64,000 nt of DNA from Deinococcales bacterium. Its GTDB lineage: Bacteria > Deinococcota > Deinococci > Deinococcales > JAAFIG01. Location: NCBI GenBank assembly GCA_025352125.1, contig JANXTZ010000028.1, positions 15,922 through 79,921 of the forward strand. Direction: 5' to 3'. This document shows positions 49,242 through 59,075 of the stretch, one piece after another. The notes beneath the pieces are model-generated. The model saw nothing but the letters and a program-made list of their open reading frames with translations. It ran no database searches and had not been told where the DNA came from. How positions within the stretch are numbered: the first letter of the stretch is position 1; each line of letters opens with the position of its first letter. Made by a program: the position numbers and the translations under genes.

Positions 49242-50861
49242 ATGACTGAAAACACCAGCAAAACCACCAGCCCCGCCCCGCCCATCAGGCGCTCGAGCAC
49301 CCGCAACATTCTGACCGTGATGGGCGGCACGCTTGCCAGCCGCGTGCTCGGTTTGCTGCGCCAGGCTTTGTTCAACCGATTGTTCAGTTCCGAAATCACT
49401 GACGCCTTCAACCTCGCATACCGCATCCCAAACCTCTTCCGAGAACTGCTCGCCGAGGGGGCGCTAACCAACAGCATCATTCCAGTGTACAAATCTTTGC
49501 CACTCGAGGAACGCCCAAAATTTGCTGCCAGTTTGACGGGCGCACTGGCGGGACTGAATTTGTTGGTGGTGGGCTTTGGAATTCTGCTCGCGCCATTCGT
49601 GGTCGGATTGCGCATGGCGGATCACTCGAGCGTCAATTTTGCCCTTGCGCTCCAACTGACCCGCATTGTCTGGCCCTTTTTGGCGGGCATCTCGTTCAGC
49701 GCCCTGGCGATGGCGCTCTTGAACGCCTCTGAGCATTTTGGCAGTTCCTCATTCAGTCCGCTGGCGTTCAGCGTGGTGTCGATCATCGGGTTTTTGCTAT
49801 TTCCGAACAACGCCGTCATGCTTGCCGTCATGACCGTGATTGGTGGCTTCGCTCAGTTTTTCGTGCAGATTCCAAGCCTGCAAAAATTTGGTTTGATGCC
49901 CAAACTCGAATTTTCCTGGCATCCCGCCCTGGGCAAAGCCCTCGGTTTGATGGTTCCGTTTACTTTCACCACCGGCACTCGAGAGTTGCTGTCCGTGGTG
50001 CTGACCGGCATTCTGACCTCATTTCCGATTGGGGCGATGACGGGCTTCACCAACGCCGACACCGTGTTCTTGCTGGCGTTGGGTTTGTTCGCGGTTTCAC
50101 CGGCACTCGCGTTTTACCCGCGCCTTGCCGAGTACAGTGCCGCCAACGACTGGACCAGTTTCCGCGACACGCTTCTTTCCGCCTCAAAACTCGTGGTGTT
50201 CTTGACCGCGCCCGTGACCGCTGTGATTTTTGTGCTCGCACCGAGCGTCACCAGCGCCATGTTTGAACTGACCGGACGCATCAGCAACGATAAATTTGTT
50301 TTTACGGTCGCCGCGCTGCCACCGCTGGCACTCGCCATGATTCCCTGGGGTTTGAATCAATTTTTGGTTCGCGCCTTTTACGTGCGTCAAAAAACCCGTG
50401 AAGCCATCGTGATTAACGTCGCAGGATTTTTGCTCAACACCGCCATGTATTACGCGCTCTCGAGGGGCGCACCGACGGCGTTGGCGTTCAAGGGTGTCAG
50501 TCCCACGCAAGCTCAAATCTTGTTGAATGATGCCCTCTTGCATTACCAACGCATGAATTACGGCACGACGCTGACCGGTTGTTTGATCGTGATTGTTTAC
50601 CTGGTAACATTGTCTTCACAAGTTCAACTCAATTGGAAAAAGCTGGTCGGTCACATCATCAAAGTCTCGCTGTCGGCATTGGCGGCGGCATTGGTCGCCC
50701 ATTTCATCTCGAGCCTGATTCCGTTGCATCGCGGTTTTGTCAACGGCGCACTACATTTAGGGCTTGCTGGTGGTGCGGCGCTGGCGGTTTATATTGGGCT
50801 TTGCACGGTGTTGCAAGTGCAAGAGGTTGCAGGGTTGCGGCGCAGATTCTTGAAGCGTTAA
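49242..50861 (+). CDS. murJ: Lipid II flippase MurJ (MviN)
   Basis: TLASRVLGLLRQ...DAFNLAYRIPNLFRELLAEGAL motif; many TM segments. Confidence 0.92.
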   Translation: MTENTSKTTSPAPPIRRSSTRNILTVMGGTLASRVLGLLRQALFNRLFSSEITDAFNLAYRIPNLFRELLAEGALTNSIIPVYKSLPLEERPKFAASLTGALAGLNLLVVGFGILLAPFVVGLRMADHSSVNFALALQLTRIVWPFLAGISFSALAMALLNASEHFGSSSFSPLAFSVVSIIGFLLFPNNAVMLAVMTVIGGFAQFFVQIPSLQKFGLMPKLEFSWHPALGKALGLMVPFTFTTGTRELLSVVLTGILTSFPIGAMTGFTNADTVFLLALGLFAVSPALAFYPRLAEYSAANDWTSFRDTLLSASKLVVFLTAPVTAVIFVLAPSVTSAMFELTGRISNDKFVFTVAALPPLALAMIPWGLNQFLVRAFYVRQKTREAIVINVAGFLLNTAMYYALSRGAPTALAFKGVSPTQAQILLNDALLHYQRMNYGTTLTGCLIVIVYLVTLSSQVQLNWKKLVGHIIKVSLSALAAALVAHFISSLIPLHRGFVNGALHLGLAGGAALAVYIGLCTVLQVQEVAGLRRRFLKR

Positions 50862-51985
50862 GGCTCCAGCTTCAAATTTTGTGATTGCAGGTGTCCTTCA
50901 AGCCGCTCGAGCGCTTCGGGCATGTTCAAACGCCCATAACCCATGCGAACGTGCTGTGGTTGATCGTAAACGCCACCAGGCAGCAAAAGCACACCCGTTT
51001 CGCGGACAATCTGCTCGCAAAAATCCGTGACATCACCAGCAATGGTCACTCGAGGGAAACCAATCGGGCTGGCATTCGGTTTGACCCAAGAAAACAAACT
51101 TTCATGACGCGCCACAAATGCCTCGAGAATCGGTAAATTGCGCCGCACAATCTCGAGGTTGCGAGTCAAAAGTATTTTGCGTTGCCGCAACGCCAGCGCC
51201 GTCAAAAATTCGGATGGGGCGCTCGAACAGATGGTCGTGTAATACTTGAAATGCAGGCATTTCTCGAGCAGGTCGCGGTTGCGCGACGCAGACCAGCCCA
51301 AACGCAGTCCAGGCAAACCATACGATTTGCTCATCGACCCCAGTGAAATGGCGTTCTCGTAAACCTCGCAAGCCGCAGGCAAGCGCGTGCTCGGATCATG
51401 CTCGAGTTCGCGGTAGACCTCATCGCAAAACACAATGATACCGCGTTCTTTCGCCAGGTCCATGACCGCCGCAAAGACTTCGGGTTTCATGTTGATGCCC
51501 GTCGGATTTGAGGGCGTGTTGATGTAAATCATTTTTGTATTTGGACGAATCAGTGCCTCGAGTGCCGCCAGGTCATGCGCCCAACCGTCCTCAAAATAAC
51601 GCTGCCACGGACTGACTTCCGCCCCCGTCGAACGCGCCAACTCCAGACCGCTCTCGTAACACGGCGTTTCGACGATCACATGATCACCCACGCCAAGTAG
51701 CGCGTGGTAGACCAGGAAAATACCCTCCTCCGCGCTCGAGATCACCAAGACATCATCGCTCGAGATGCCTGAATACATTCCTGCGATGGCTTCCCGCAGG
51801 TACGGGGCACCCGAAGATTCTGTATAGCCGAGCCAGAGCGCATCAAAGCGTTCTCGAGCGTCAGGTTCGAGCGCCAGCAATTCGGCAACGGAGCGCGACT
51901 GCATGTCAGAACTCGAGAGCATGAACTGGGCTGTGAATTCGTACTTGGCGTAATAATGCTCGATGCGAAAAGGTTTGAGCTTCAT
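50858..51985 (-). CDS. Class I/II PLP-dependent aminotransferase-fold enzyme
   Basis: LGYTESSG, INTPSNPTG, FCDEVYR and SMSKSYGLPGLRLGW motifs; start at 51985 with AAGGAG RBS. Confidence 0.9.
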   Translation of the reverse strand: MKLKPFRIEHYYAKYEFTAQFMLSSSDMQSRSVAELLALEPDARERFDALWLGYTESSGAPYLREAIAGMYSGISSDDVLVISSAEEGIFLVYHALLGVGDHVIVETPCYESGLELARSTGAEVSPWQRYFEDGWAHDLAALEALIRPNTKMIYINTPSNPTGINMKPEVFAAVMDLAKERGIIVFCDEVYRELEHDPSTRLPAACEVYENAISLGSMSKSYGLPGLRLGWSASRNRDLLEKCLHFKYYTTICSSAPSEFLTALALRQRKILLTRNLEIVRRNLPILEAFVARHESLFSWVKPNASPIGFPRVTIAGDVTDFCEQIVRETGVLLLPGGVYDQPQHVRMGYGRLNMPEALERLEGHLQSQNLKLEP

Positions 51986-52011
51986 ACCACTCCTTCTAAA
52001 AACCCGAGACT

Positions 52012-52857
52012 TTAAAAACCGACAATCAACGGAATCGACACCAGCGCCAGCAATGCCCCGAAACCTTGCAGGCGGGTGAATCGTTCTTTGAGCACCAGCA
52101 TTGCCAGGAGTACCGTCGTCACAGGATACAAACTCGAGAGTGCCGAACCAACATCGAGCCGACCAAGTGAGGTGGACAGGGCAAACAATAGATTGCCCAG
52201 ACTGTCCAACCCACCCGCCGCGAACACCAACGGCAAACCCGAAGGCTCGAGTTTGAATTGATGGCGCGTGAACAATGCCGCCAAAACCGTGACCGCAATC
52301 GTGCCAACTCGAGCCGCCACCAGCGCCCAACTGAGATCGGGGCTGGAAAATTGTGCGGTCAAAATAAAAAATCCGCCAAACGCCAGACCAGCAAACAACG
52401 CGGGCAAAAAATCTTGAATGCTCGCTCGAGCGCCAGATTCGGGTTTGGAAATCACCCAAATACCAACAATCGCCAGCCCAAAACCCACAAATTGTAAGGC
52501 TCGAGGCATCCCCTCGCTGAACGCCCCAAACAAGACCGAAACCACGTTCGCCACGACCGCCGTCACGGGTGCGACCACACCCATTTTGCCGCTCGAGAGG
52601 GCGCGGTAAAAGACCAGCAAACCGGCAGCGCCGCACGCGCCAGCGGCAAAACCAACCATAACGTCATGCGTGTTGGGCAAGGCAGAATGTTTTAAAAGCG
52701 CCAAGACCAGCAGGCAAATCAAGCCAAACGGATTTGAGATCAGCGTGACCGAAATCGGACTGACGCGTTTGCTCGCCAGACCGCCGCTAAAATCGCCCGC
52801 ACCCCAGGCGGCGGCGCTGCCAAGGGCAAGCAATGCGGCAGTGAAAGCTTGACTCAT
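52012..52857 (-). CDS. EamA/DMT family transporter
   Basis: WGAGDFSGG, FYRALSSGKMGVVAP and LSSLYPVTTVLLA...LKER motifs; ~10 TM segments. Confidence 0.9.
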   Translation of the reverse strand: MSQAFTAALLALGSAAAWGAGDFSGGLASKRVSPISVTLISNPFGLICLLVLALLKHSALPNTHDVMVGFAAGACGAAGLLVFYRALSSGKMGVVAPVTAVVANVVSVLFGAFSEGMPRALQFVGFGLAIVGIWVISKPESGARASIQDFLPALFAGLAFGGFFILTAQFSSPDLSWALVAARVGTIAVTVLAALFTRHQFKLEPSGLPLVFAAGGLDSLGNLLFALSTSLGRLDVGSALSSLYPVTTVLLAMLVLKERFTRLQGFGALLALVSIPLIVGF

Positions 52858-53015
52858 GTTTGGCTCGAGGCTTGTTGAAGTGATCTCACATTCAAAACTT
52901 TAACCCGTTGGCTCCTGGTTCAAATTTGGAATGTTAAGCTCGAGATTTTCATGCCTCGATTCTCTCAAGATTCTTCTTGACCTCCTGAACCAACCAGACG
53001 ATAGACAGCGGCGGA

Positions 53016-54455
53016 TTAAATCACCATTGAAACGTATTTCACGTACAGGTATTCCTCGAGTCCAAAATGTCCACCCTCACGACCAAAACCGCTTTGTTTG
53101 ATGCCGCCAAAGGGCGCTTGGGCGGTGCTTGGAATCGGGTCATTTAAGCCAACAATCCCGTACTCGAGTTTTTCTGAAACCCGCACGGCTCGAGACAAAT
53201 CTTTGGTCCAGACGTAGGCGGCAAGTCCGAACGGTGTGTTGTTGGCGGCGTGCAGAACCTCGGCTTCGGTGTCGAAGGCAATCACGGGTGCGACGGGTCC
53301 AAACGTTTCCTCGCGCATCACCAGCATGTCTTCGGTCACGCCCGCAAGCACGGTGGGCTGGAAGTACAGTCCCTCGAGTGCCGAGCCGCCCGTCACAGCA
53401 GTTGCGCCGTGCAAGAGTGCATCCGCAACATGGGTTTTGACCTTTGCAAGTCCCTGGGCATCCACCAGTGGTCCAATTTGGGTGCTGGGATCGAGTGAAT
53501 CGCCCACTTTCAAGCCCGAGACGGCGCTGGCAAATTTGGCGGTGAACACCTCGAGAATGCCGCGTTGGACGTAGACGCGGTTGGTGCAAACGCAAGTCTG
53601 ACCGGCGTTGCGAAATTTACAGGCGACCACATCTTTGACGGCTTGTTCAATGTCAGCATCGTCGAAGACAATGAACGGCGCGTGACCACCAAGTTCCATC
53701 GAAACGCGTTTTAAGGTGTCGGCGCTTTGTTTGGTCAGGATGCGACCCACCTCAGTCGAACCCGTGAAGGTGATCTTGCGGATTCTCGAGTCCTCCATGA
53801 AGACTTTGGACAGCGCGATTGGGTCGGCGCAAGGCAGCACCTGAAAGACTCCCGCAGCACCGCCAGCCTCGAGCCAGAGTTCCGCGAGTTTGAGGGCGGT
53901 CAACGGGCTTTGCTCGGCGGGTTTGAGCACGAAGGTGCAGCCCGCCGCGAGCGCAGGACCGACTTTGCGGGTCAGCATTGCCGCCGGAAAATTCCAGGGC
54001 GTCACCGCGTACACCGGACCGACAGGATGCTTGCTGGCGAACAAGCGCTTGTGCCCAAACTGGCTGGGAATGATCTCGCCGTACACGCGCTTGGCTTCCT
54101 CGGCGTACCACTCGATAAAACTGGCGGCGTAACGCACCTCGCCCAGCGCCTCGGAGACAGGTTTTCCCATCTCGAGCGCAATCATTCGCGCAATTTCTTG
54201 CTCGTCACGAACCATCAGCGCGAACCATTTTTTCATTAACGCAGATCGCTCATACGCCGTGGTGTTGCGCCAAGTTTCAAAGGCAGTCACGGTTGCCTCG
54301 AGCGCCAAGTTTGCCTCGGTCACGCCGCAATCTGCGACCTGCGCGATGACCTGCCCTGTGGACGGACTGGTGAGCGGATACGAACTGGCTGGACTGACCC
54401 AACCTGTAGCGATGAGTGCCTTGGTCTGTCCTTGAAACTCGAGTGTCGCTGTCAT
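53016..54455 (-). CDS. gabD: NAD(P)-dependent succinate-semialdehyde dehydrogenase-like ALDH
   Basis: TPWNFP, FTGSTEVG, MELGGHAP, FRNAGQTCVC and EETFGPV motifs. Confidence 0.88.
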   Translation of the reverse strand: MTATLEFQGQTKALIATGWVSPASSYPLTSPSTGQVIAQVADCGVTEANLALEATVTAFETWRNTTAYERSALMKKWFALMVRDEQEIARMIALEMGKPVSEALGEVRYAASFIEWYAEEAKRVYGEIIPSQFGHKRLFASKHPVGPVYAVTPWNFPAAMLTRKVGPALAAGCTFVLKPAEQSPLTALKLAELWLEAGGAAGVFQVLPCADPIALSKVFMEDSRIRKITFTGSTEVGRILTKQSADTLKRVSMELGGHAPFIVFDDADIEQAVKDVVACKFRNAGQTCVCTNRVYVQRGILEVFTAKFASAVSGLKVGDSLDPSTQIGPLVDAQGLAKVKTHVADALLHGATAVTGGSALEGLYFQPTVLAGVTEDMLVMREETFGPVAPVIAFDTEAEVLHAANNTPFGLAAYVWTKDLSRAVRVSEKLEYGIVGLNDPIPSTAQAPFGGIKQSGFGREGGHFGLEEYLYVKYVSMVI

Positions 54456-54473
54456 GGAATCCTCCGTGAAATT

Positions 54474-55466
54474 TTACCTGGCGCTGCGCGGAATGCGGTT
54501 GATGTGATGATCGTTGATGACATCACAGGGTGTGTACTGACGGTCTATCTCGAGCAGTTCAGACTCAGTCAATTTCAACTCGAGTGCCGCGATTTGCTCA
54601 TCCATCTGCGCGACATTATCTACCGCAAACAGGCTGCTTGTCACGCCAGGGCGGTTGATGACCCATGAAAGTGCGACCTGGGAACTGCTCACCCCTCGAG
54701 CCTCAGCCACGCCCGCCACAGCTTTGGCAATGTGATGCGACGTTTGATCGCCGAACTGATCTTGCGTGAAATTGTCGGTTTTGTTGCGTAGACTCTCGAG
54801 GTTTCCAGACAGCAAACCTCGAGCAAGCGGTGAGAACGGCGTGACCGCAATCCCCTGATCCTGGCAGAACGGAATCATCTCGCGCTCCTCCTCGCGGTAG
54901 GCGGCATTCAACTGGCACTGCATCGAAACGAATTCCGACCAGCCGCGCAAGCGTGAGGTGTAAATCATTTTCGCAAACTGCCAGGCGTACATGGTGCTCG
55001 CGCCGATGTAGCGCACCCGACCCGAACGCACGATATCGTTGAGCGCCTCGAGCGTCTCCTCAATGGGCGTGAACAGGTCAAAACCGTGAATGATGTACAA
55101 ATCCAGATAATCCGTGCCAATGCGTTTAAGTGAGCCGTCAATCGCAGTGAGCAAATGCTTTCTCGAGAGTCCGCCATCGTTCGGACCAGTCCCCATCGCG
55201 TAATAGGCTTTTGACGCCAGCACCAACTGATCTCGAGGGACGCTGCCCAACAACGTCCGCCCGACAACCTCCTCGCCCACGCCGCCAGAGTAAAAATCTG
55301 CCATGTCAAAAAAATTGATGCCACGCTCGAGCGCGTGCTTTAAAATTGGGGTGCTTGCAGCTTCATCCAGCACCCAGGGACGCCATGCGGGCGTGCCGAA
55401 ACCCATCGTGCCCAGGCACAATTTTGAGACTTTCAGACCAGTCTTGCCAAGATTCACATACTCCAT
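54474..55466 (-). CDS. Aldo/keto reductase (YajO-like)
   Basis: LGKTGLKVSKLCLGTM, FFDMADFY, GLSRKH and VRYIGAS motifs. Confidence 0.92.
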   Translation of the reverse strand: MEYVNLGKTGLKVSKLCLGTMGFGTPAWRPWVLDEAASTPILKHALERGINFFDMADFYSGGVGEEVVGRTLLGSVPRDQLVLASKAYYAMGTGPNDGGLSRKHLLTAIDGSLKRIGTDYLDLYIIHGFDLFTPIEETLEALNDIVRSGRVRYIGASTMYAWQFAKMIYTSRLRGWSEFVSMQCQLNAAYREEEREMIPFCQDQGIAVTPFSPLARGLLSGNLESLRNKTDNFTQDQFGDQTSHHIAKAVAGVAEARGVSSSQVALSWVINRPGVTSSLFAVDNVAQMDEQIAALELKLTESELLEIDRQYTPCDVINDHHINRIPRSAR

Positions 55467-55473
55467 AAATTCC

Positions 55474-55974
55474 TCAACTCACCTTCGGCGTGAAATACGG
55501 ATTGAACACGTTCTTTGCTGCCTCACGCACGACCTCGAGTTTCGGCTCGAGGTTGATGGCATTTATAACCGCAGCTTTCGCGGCGGCATAATTGTTGGCA
55601 AAAACTTCATCGGCATCGTCCGCCGTCCAATTCACCCAGACCGCGCAGATCACGCACCAATCGTTCTCCGCCTCCCGAGGCAAAATATGCTCGAGCAAAC
55701 ACTCTTGCACGCCCCTGGCGACCCCCGCCTGCGCCGCCCCCCAAGTCATGCCCTCGTGCGTGTCACCACGCAAATCGGCTTTGTTGATGAACGCCGTCAT
55801 GGGCTTGACCGGCACGCCAGGTTGCAAGACCACCATGAACGGCAGATGCCCTTTGGTCGGACTCGAGAGTGCGCCCGCGAAGGCATGTCCCGCCGCGCCC
55901 GTTTTTAAACCCAGCATGACGTTGATGTGCGCGGCGTTTGGTCCGCTGCCGATAAAAGATTCACCGATAAACAT
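55474..55974 (-). CDS. Formaldehyde-activating enzyme (Fae) homolog
   Basis: IGESFIGSGPNAAHINVMLG, VKPMT..INK, TWGAAQAGVARGV and NNYAAAK..V motifs. Confidence 0.85.
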   Translation of the reverse strand: MFIGESFIGSGPNAAHINVMLGLKTGAAGHAFAGALSSPTKGHLPFMVVLQPGVPVKPMTAFINKADLRGDTHEGMTWGAAQAGVARGVQECLLEHILPREAENDWCVICAVWVNWTADDADEVFANNYAAAKAAVINAINLEPKLEVVREAAKNVFNPYFTPKVS

Positions 55975-55991
55975 TTTTTCTCCTTTAAATT

Positions 55992-56525
55992 TTATGTAGC
56001 TTGAGCATGAACAATTTGATGTAAGACTTGCATGGCATCAATTGCGTGTTGACCCCAATGAGCTTGAAACAAGAACTTCCAATTCCAAACAATTTCGGGA
56101 ACTTGAATCCTTAACTGACTTTCCCAAATACTCAGTCCAGATTTCAGATCACGATAAATATCGGCAAGATCGTCTGCAAGATCACCCACAACTGCTTCTT
56201 GATTAGAATCAGATTTTAAAATAGGATCAAAATACATCCAATAATGTCTTCGCGGAATTGCTCGAGATACACGTTCAAAAATCTGTTTCCAATCATGTTC
56301 ACCAATACGGAACTCTTCTGGAGTATCCATTGAAACTCCGAGCAAACTCAGATCAGGTAACTTTTGACCAATTGAGTAAACTTCAGCTAGAACATCAAGA
56401 ATCTGACGTGTCCACACAACTGAACTATTAATGTCATTTTCAAGTAAGGAACAAAACCTAATTGCAGCCTTTTGAAAGGCGATTATTTCTGGAAAGTTAC
56501 CAATCTCAAATGGACTGTTCATCAT
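55992..56525 (-). CDS. DUF5063-like protein (AT-rich gene)
   Basis: YWMYFDP...[15 protein letters not shown]...W...HWGQHA...LH motif. Confidence 0.75.
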   Translation of the reverse strand: MMNSPFEIGNFPEIIAFQKAAIRFCSLLENDINSSVVWTRQILDVLAEVYSIGQKLPDLSLLGVSMDTPEEFRIGEHDWKQIFERVSRAIPRRHYWMYFDPILKSDSNQEAVVGDLADDLADIYRDLKSGLSIWESQLRIQVPEIVWNWKFLFQAHWGQHAIDAMQVLHQIVHAQAT

Positions 56526-57649
56526 GAAAATGTCGCCTGCCCACTCAAGGTTTTCTCGAGCATCACCTCATCCAACTCGAGTCCCAACCCTGGCGCGTCA
56601 GACAGGGTGATCCAACCTTCACTATCAATGTCGATTGGGGTTTTGAGCATAAAGTCACGTCGCGCCAGACTCCATTCGGGCGGGTCAAACGGAAATTCGA
56701 TAAACGGTGCGCCAACCGTGCCTGCGGTCAAGTGCAGGTTTGCCATCACGCCAATGCCGTTGCCCCAGGTGTGCGGCGTGAAGATTTTGCCGTGTCTCTC
56801 AACCTCGAGCGCCAGTTTTCGCAAGCCCGTGATGCCCAGGCTGCACACGCAATCGGGTTGAAAAACGTCCAGGCAATCGCGCTCGAGCAACTCGCGGAAT
56901 TCGTAAGGTTCACGGGTCATTTCGCCGCCAGCCACAAGAATATTCACACTTTTTTTGAGGGCGGTATAGCCTTTATAATCGCCGCGATGAAGCGGTTCTT
57001 CAACCCAGTACACGTGTTGCTTCTCAATTTCTTGGGCAACGCTAATAGCTTTCTCGAGATTCCAGGGTTGCAAAGTGTCCCACGGCATCCGCCAGCCCTG
57101 ATTGCAGTCCACCATCAACTCGAGTTGCATTCCGATGGCGTCACGAATCGCGGCGACCACCGCCAGATCATCGCCAATGTTGGTGCGACCAAAACGAACT
57201 TTTAATGCGGGATAACCCAGCGCCATGGCTCGCTTGGCAACCTCAACCATCTCGGGAATGCTGCGATGCACTCCGCTCGAGGCATACGCCCGAATGCGGT
57301 TCGACTTGCCGCCGACCAGCTTCCAGACTGGTTGATCCCGAATTTTGCCCGCCAAATCCCAGAGCGCCACGTCAAGCGGATAGCAACGCCCCGCATGAAA
57401 TTCGATGTTGCTCAAGACCGCATTGTGACGCTCGAGATCGAGCGCGTCCTGCCCAATAAAATAATGCTGATAATCACCAAAACCGTACATCGCATCGCCA
57501 GAACCCACACCCACACGCCCCGCATCGTCGAACACCCGCACGATGGTCGCCGGAAATTTGGTGCGCGGTTTCGGGTCCCAACTGGCGGGAAATGGCGGCT
57601 CGAGCGGCAATTGATGGTGGGTGATCTCGATTTTGGTGATGGTGCTCAT
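56522..57649 (-). CDS. Mandelate racemase/muconate lactonizing enzyme (enolase superfamily)
   Basis: [31 protein letters not shown] and PHTW motifs. Confidence 0.92.
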   Translation of the reverse strand: MSTITKIEITHHQLPLEPPFPASWDPKPRTKFPATIVRVFDDAGRVGVGSGDAMYGFGDYQHYFIGQDALDLERHNAVLSNIEFHAGRCYPLDVALWDLAGKIRDQPVWKLVGGKSNRIRAYASSGVHRSIPEMVEVAKRAMALGYPALKVRFGRTNIGDDLAVVAAIRDAIGMQLELMVDCNQGWRMPWDTLQPWNLEKAISVAQEIEKQHVYWVEEPLHRGDYKGYTALKKSVNILVAGGEMTREPYEFRELLERDCLDVFQPDCVCSLGITGLRKLALEVERHGKIFTPHTWGNGIGVMANLHLTAGTVGAPFIEFPFDPPEWSLARRDFMLKTPIDIDSEGWITLSDAPGLGLELDEVMLEKTLSGQATFS

Positions 57650-57701
57650 GTCTGCCTCGAGATGGCGTGAAATGTTGGCGTGAAGAGATTGCTTCTTGCG
57701 C

Positions 57702-57783
57702 TACCCTCTCTTGACCATAAACGTGCACCTGGCGGGCATGGTCGCTCATCCCCAACCCTTCTCCCAACATCAGGAGAATGGAG
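57702..57783 (-). mobile_element. REP-like palindrome carrying a 39-nt mini-element (57706-57744)
   Basis: Minus strand: CTCCATTCTCCTGATGTTGGGAGAAGGGTTGGGGATGAG[CGACCATGCCCGCCAGGTGCACGTTTATGGTCAAGAGAG]GGTAG. Confidence 0.8.
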
Positions 57784-57825
57784 TTTAGGTTGCTTCTTTG
57801 AGAAACGAAAATTTATTGCCCCATA

Positions 57826-57895
57826 CCCTCTTTCGCGTAGCGAGAGAGGGTGACGAGCCTCGGCGAGTCGGGTGAGAGCTTCAGGCGAGGTGAGG
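57826..57895 (+). repeat. Second REP-like palindrome (CCCTCT...AGAGGG...GGGTGAG)
   Basis: ACCCTCTTTCGC-gta-GCGAGAGAGGGT hairpin followed by GGGTGAG, in the same intergenic gap. Confidence 0.5.
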
Positions 57896-57935
57896 TTCGT
57901 TATTCTTGCGTAGGAAGTAAGTTTTTGAGGGTTTT

Positions 57936-59075
57936 TCACTTCATGTACCCTTCCCAAACCCGCACGGTCAATTCAGCCAACTCGAGCCTCTGAGATTCAT
58001 TCACAACTCGAGCGTTGTTGTTCAGCATGGGTTGGTTTTCGGGCGCGTTCATCAATTCGGCGATGACCTGAGGCTCGAGGATGGCGGTTGTTTTGATGGC
58101 GGTTGCGAATTGGGTTTGCTCGAGAAATGTTTTGAAAGCGTTGCTGAGTTCTTGTGGCGTCACACCAAAAACTTCGGCGGCGCTCGAGTATTCTTCAGTT
58201 GCACCTTCGATGTTCCAAGCCAGCGTTGCCTCGAGTGCGATGGTCACGGCGACCCCATGTGGAATGTGGTACAACGTACCGAGCGCGTGACCGATGCAGT
58301 GCGCGATGCCCGTGCCGCTGTTGTCTATCGCCAAGCCTGCGAGCATGGCAGCTTCCTGCATTCCCGCTCGAGTTTCCAGATTTTCGGGCTGCCGAACAGC
58401 CGTTGGCAAGTGCTGGCGAATCAATTTCATGGCGTGCAAAGCGTTGCCGCTCGAGATGGCGTTTTTGCGTTTTCCAGTGTTCGCCTCGAGTGCGTGAGAG
58501 AAAGCATCCAAACCTGTTGAAGTGGTAACAAATGCGGGCATGGTCACTGTTACATTCGGGTCAAGAATCACCAAGTCGGGCAGCATCTCGTCGCCCCAAG
58601 TCCAGAGTTTGCGCCCAAAGGTGTCGCTTACGATGCAAGTCCGCGTGACTTCCGCACCCGTGCCACTGGTGGTTGGAATGGCAATGATCGGGCGGCGACC
58701 TGTGAACGGGTTGGCGCACAGCAGATAATGCTCAATCCCCTCATGGGATGCAACGATTGCGGCGACCTGTTTGGCAATGTCGAGCGCACTTCCGCCACCC
58801 ACGCCAACAATCACGGCTCGAGGAAAACTGCGGGCGTAAATTGCGGCGGCATTCACGCCCTCAACGGTGGGTTCACCGGCGGGAATGATGTACTGGGCAA
58901 TGGTCACGCCTGCCAGGGCGTGTTTGAGGGTTTTAATATACTCACCCTCGGCAATCACGGCGTCCACAATCAATACCGCGCTGGCGCGTTCCCAACTTTT
59001 CAAGATTCCAGCCAAACCCGAGAGGTGGTCACTGCCGACCAAAATCCGTGGCGTGCGTCCGATGTCGTAATTCAT
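57936..59075 (-). CDS. Iron-containing alcohol dehydrogenase
   Basis: GVGGGSALDIAK, IPTTSGTGAEVT, DAFSHALE and AHCIGH...HIPHG motifs. Confidence 0.93.
   Translation of the reverse strand: MNYDIGRTPRILVGSDHLSGLAGILKSWERASAVLIVDAVIAEGEYIKTLKHALAGVTIAQYIIPAGEPTVEGVNAAAIYARSFPRAVIVGVGGGSALDIAKQVAAIVASHEGIEHYLLCANPFTGRRPIIAIPTTSGTGAEVTRTCIVSDTFGRKLWTWGDEMLPDLVILDPNVTVTMPAFVTTSTGLDAFSHALEANTGKRKNAISSGNALHAMKLIRQHLPTAVRQPENLETRAGMQEAAMLAGLAIDNSGTGIAHCIGHALGTLYHIPHGVAVTIALEATLAWNIEGATEEYSSAAEVFGVTPQELSNAFKTFLEQTQFATAIKTTAILEPQVIAELMNAPENQPMLNNNARVVNESQRLELAELTVRVWEGYMK

Noticed and set aside
51986-52636. N-terminal extension making a 592-aa aminotransferase
   Set aside because: Overlaps the EamA gene in another frame; the true start with RBS is 51985.
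55474-55974. Evidence of methylotrophy
   Set aside because: A lone divergent Fae homolog without other C1 genes in the window does not support it.
57646-57957. 103-aa ORF between Fe-ADH and enolase genes
   Set aside because: Reads through REP palindromes and the mini-element; no protein motif.
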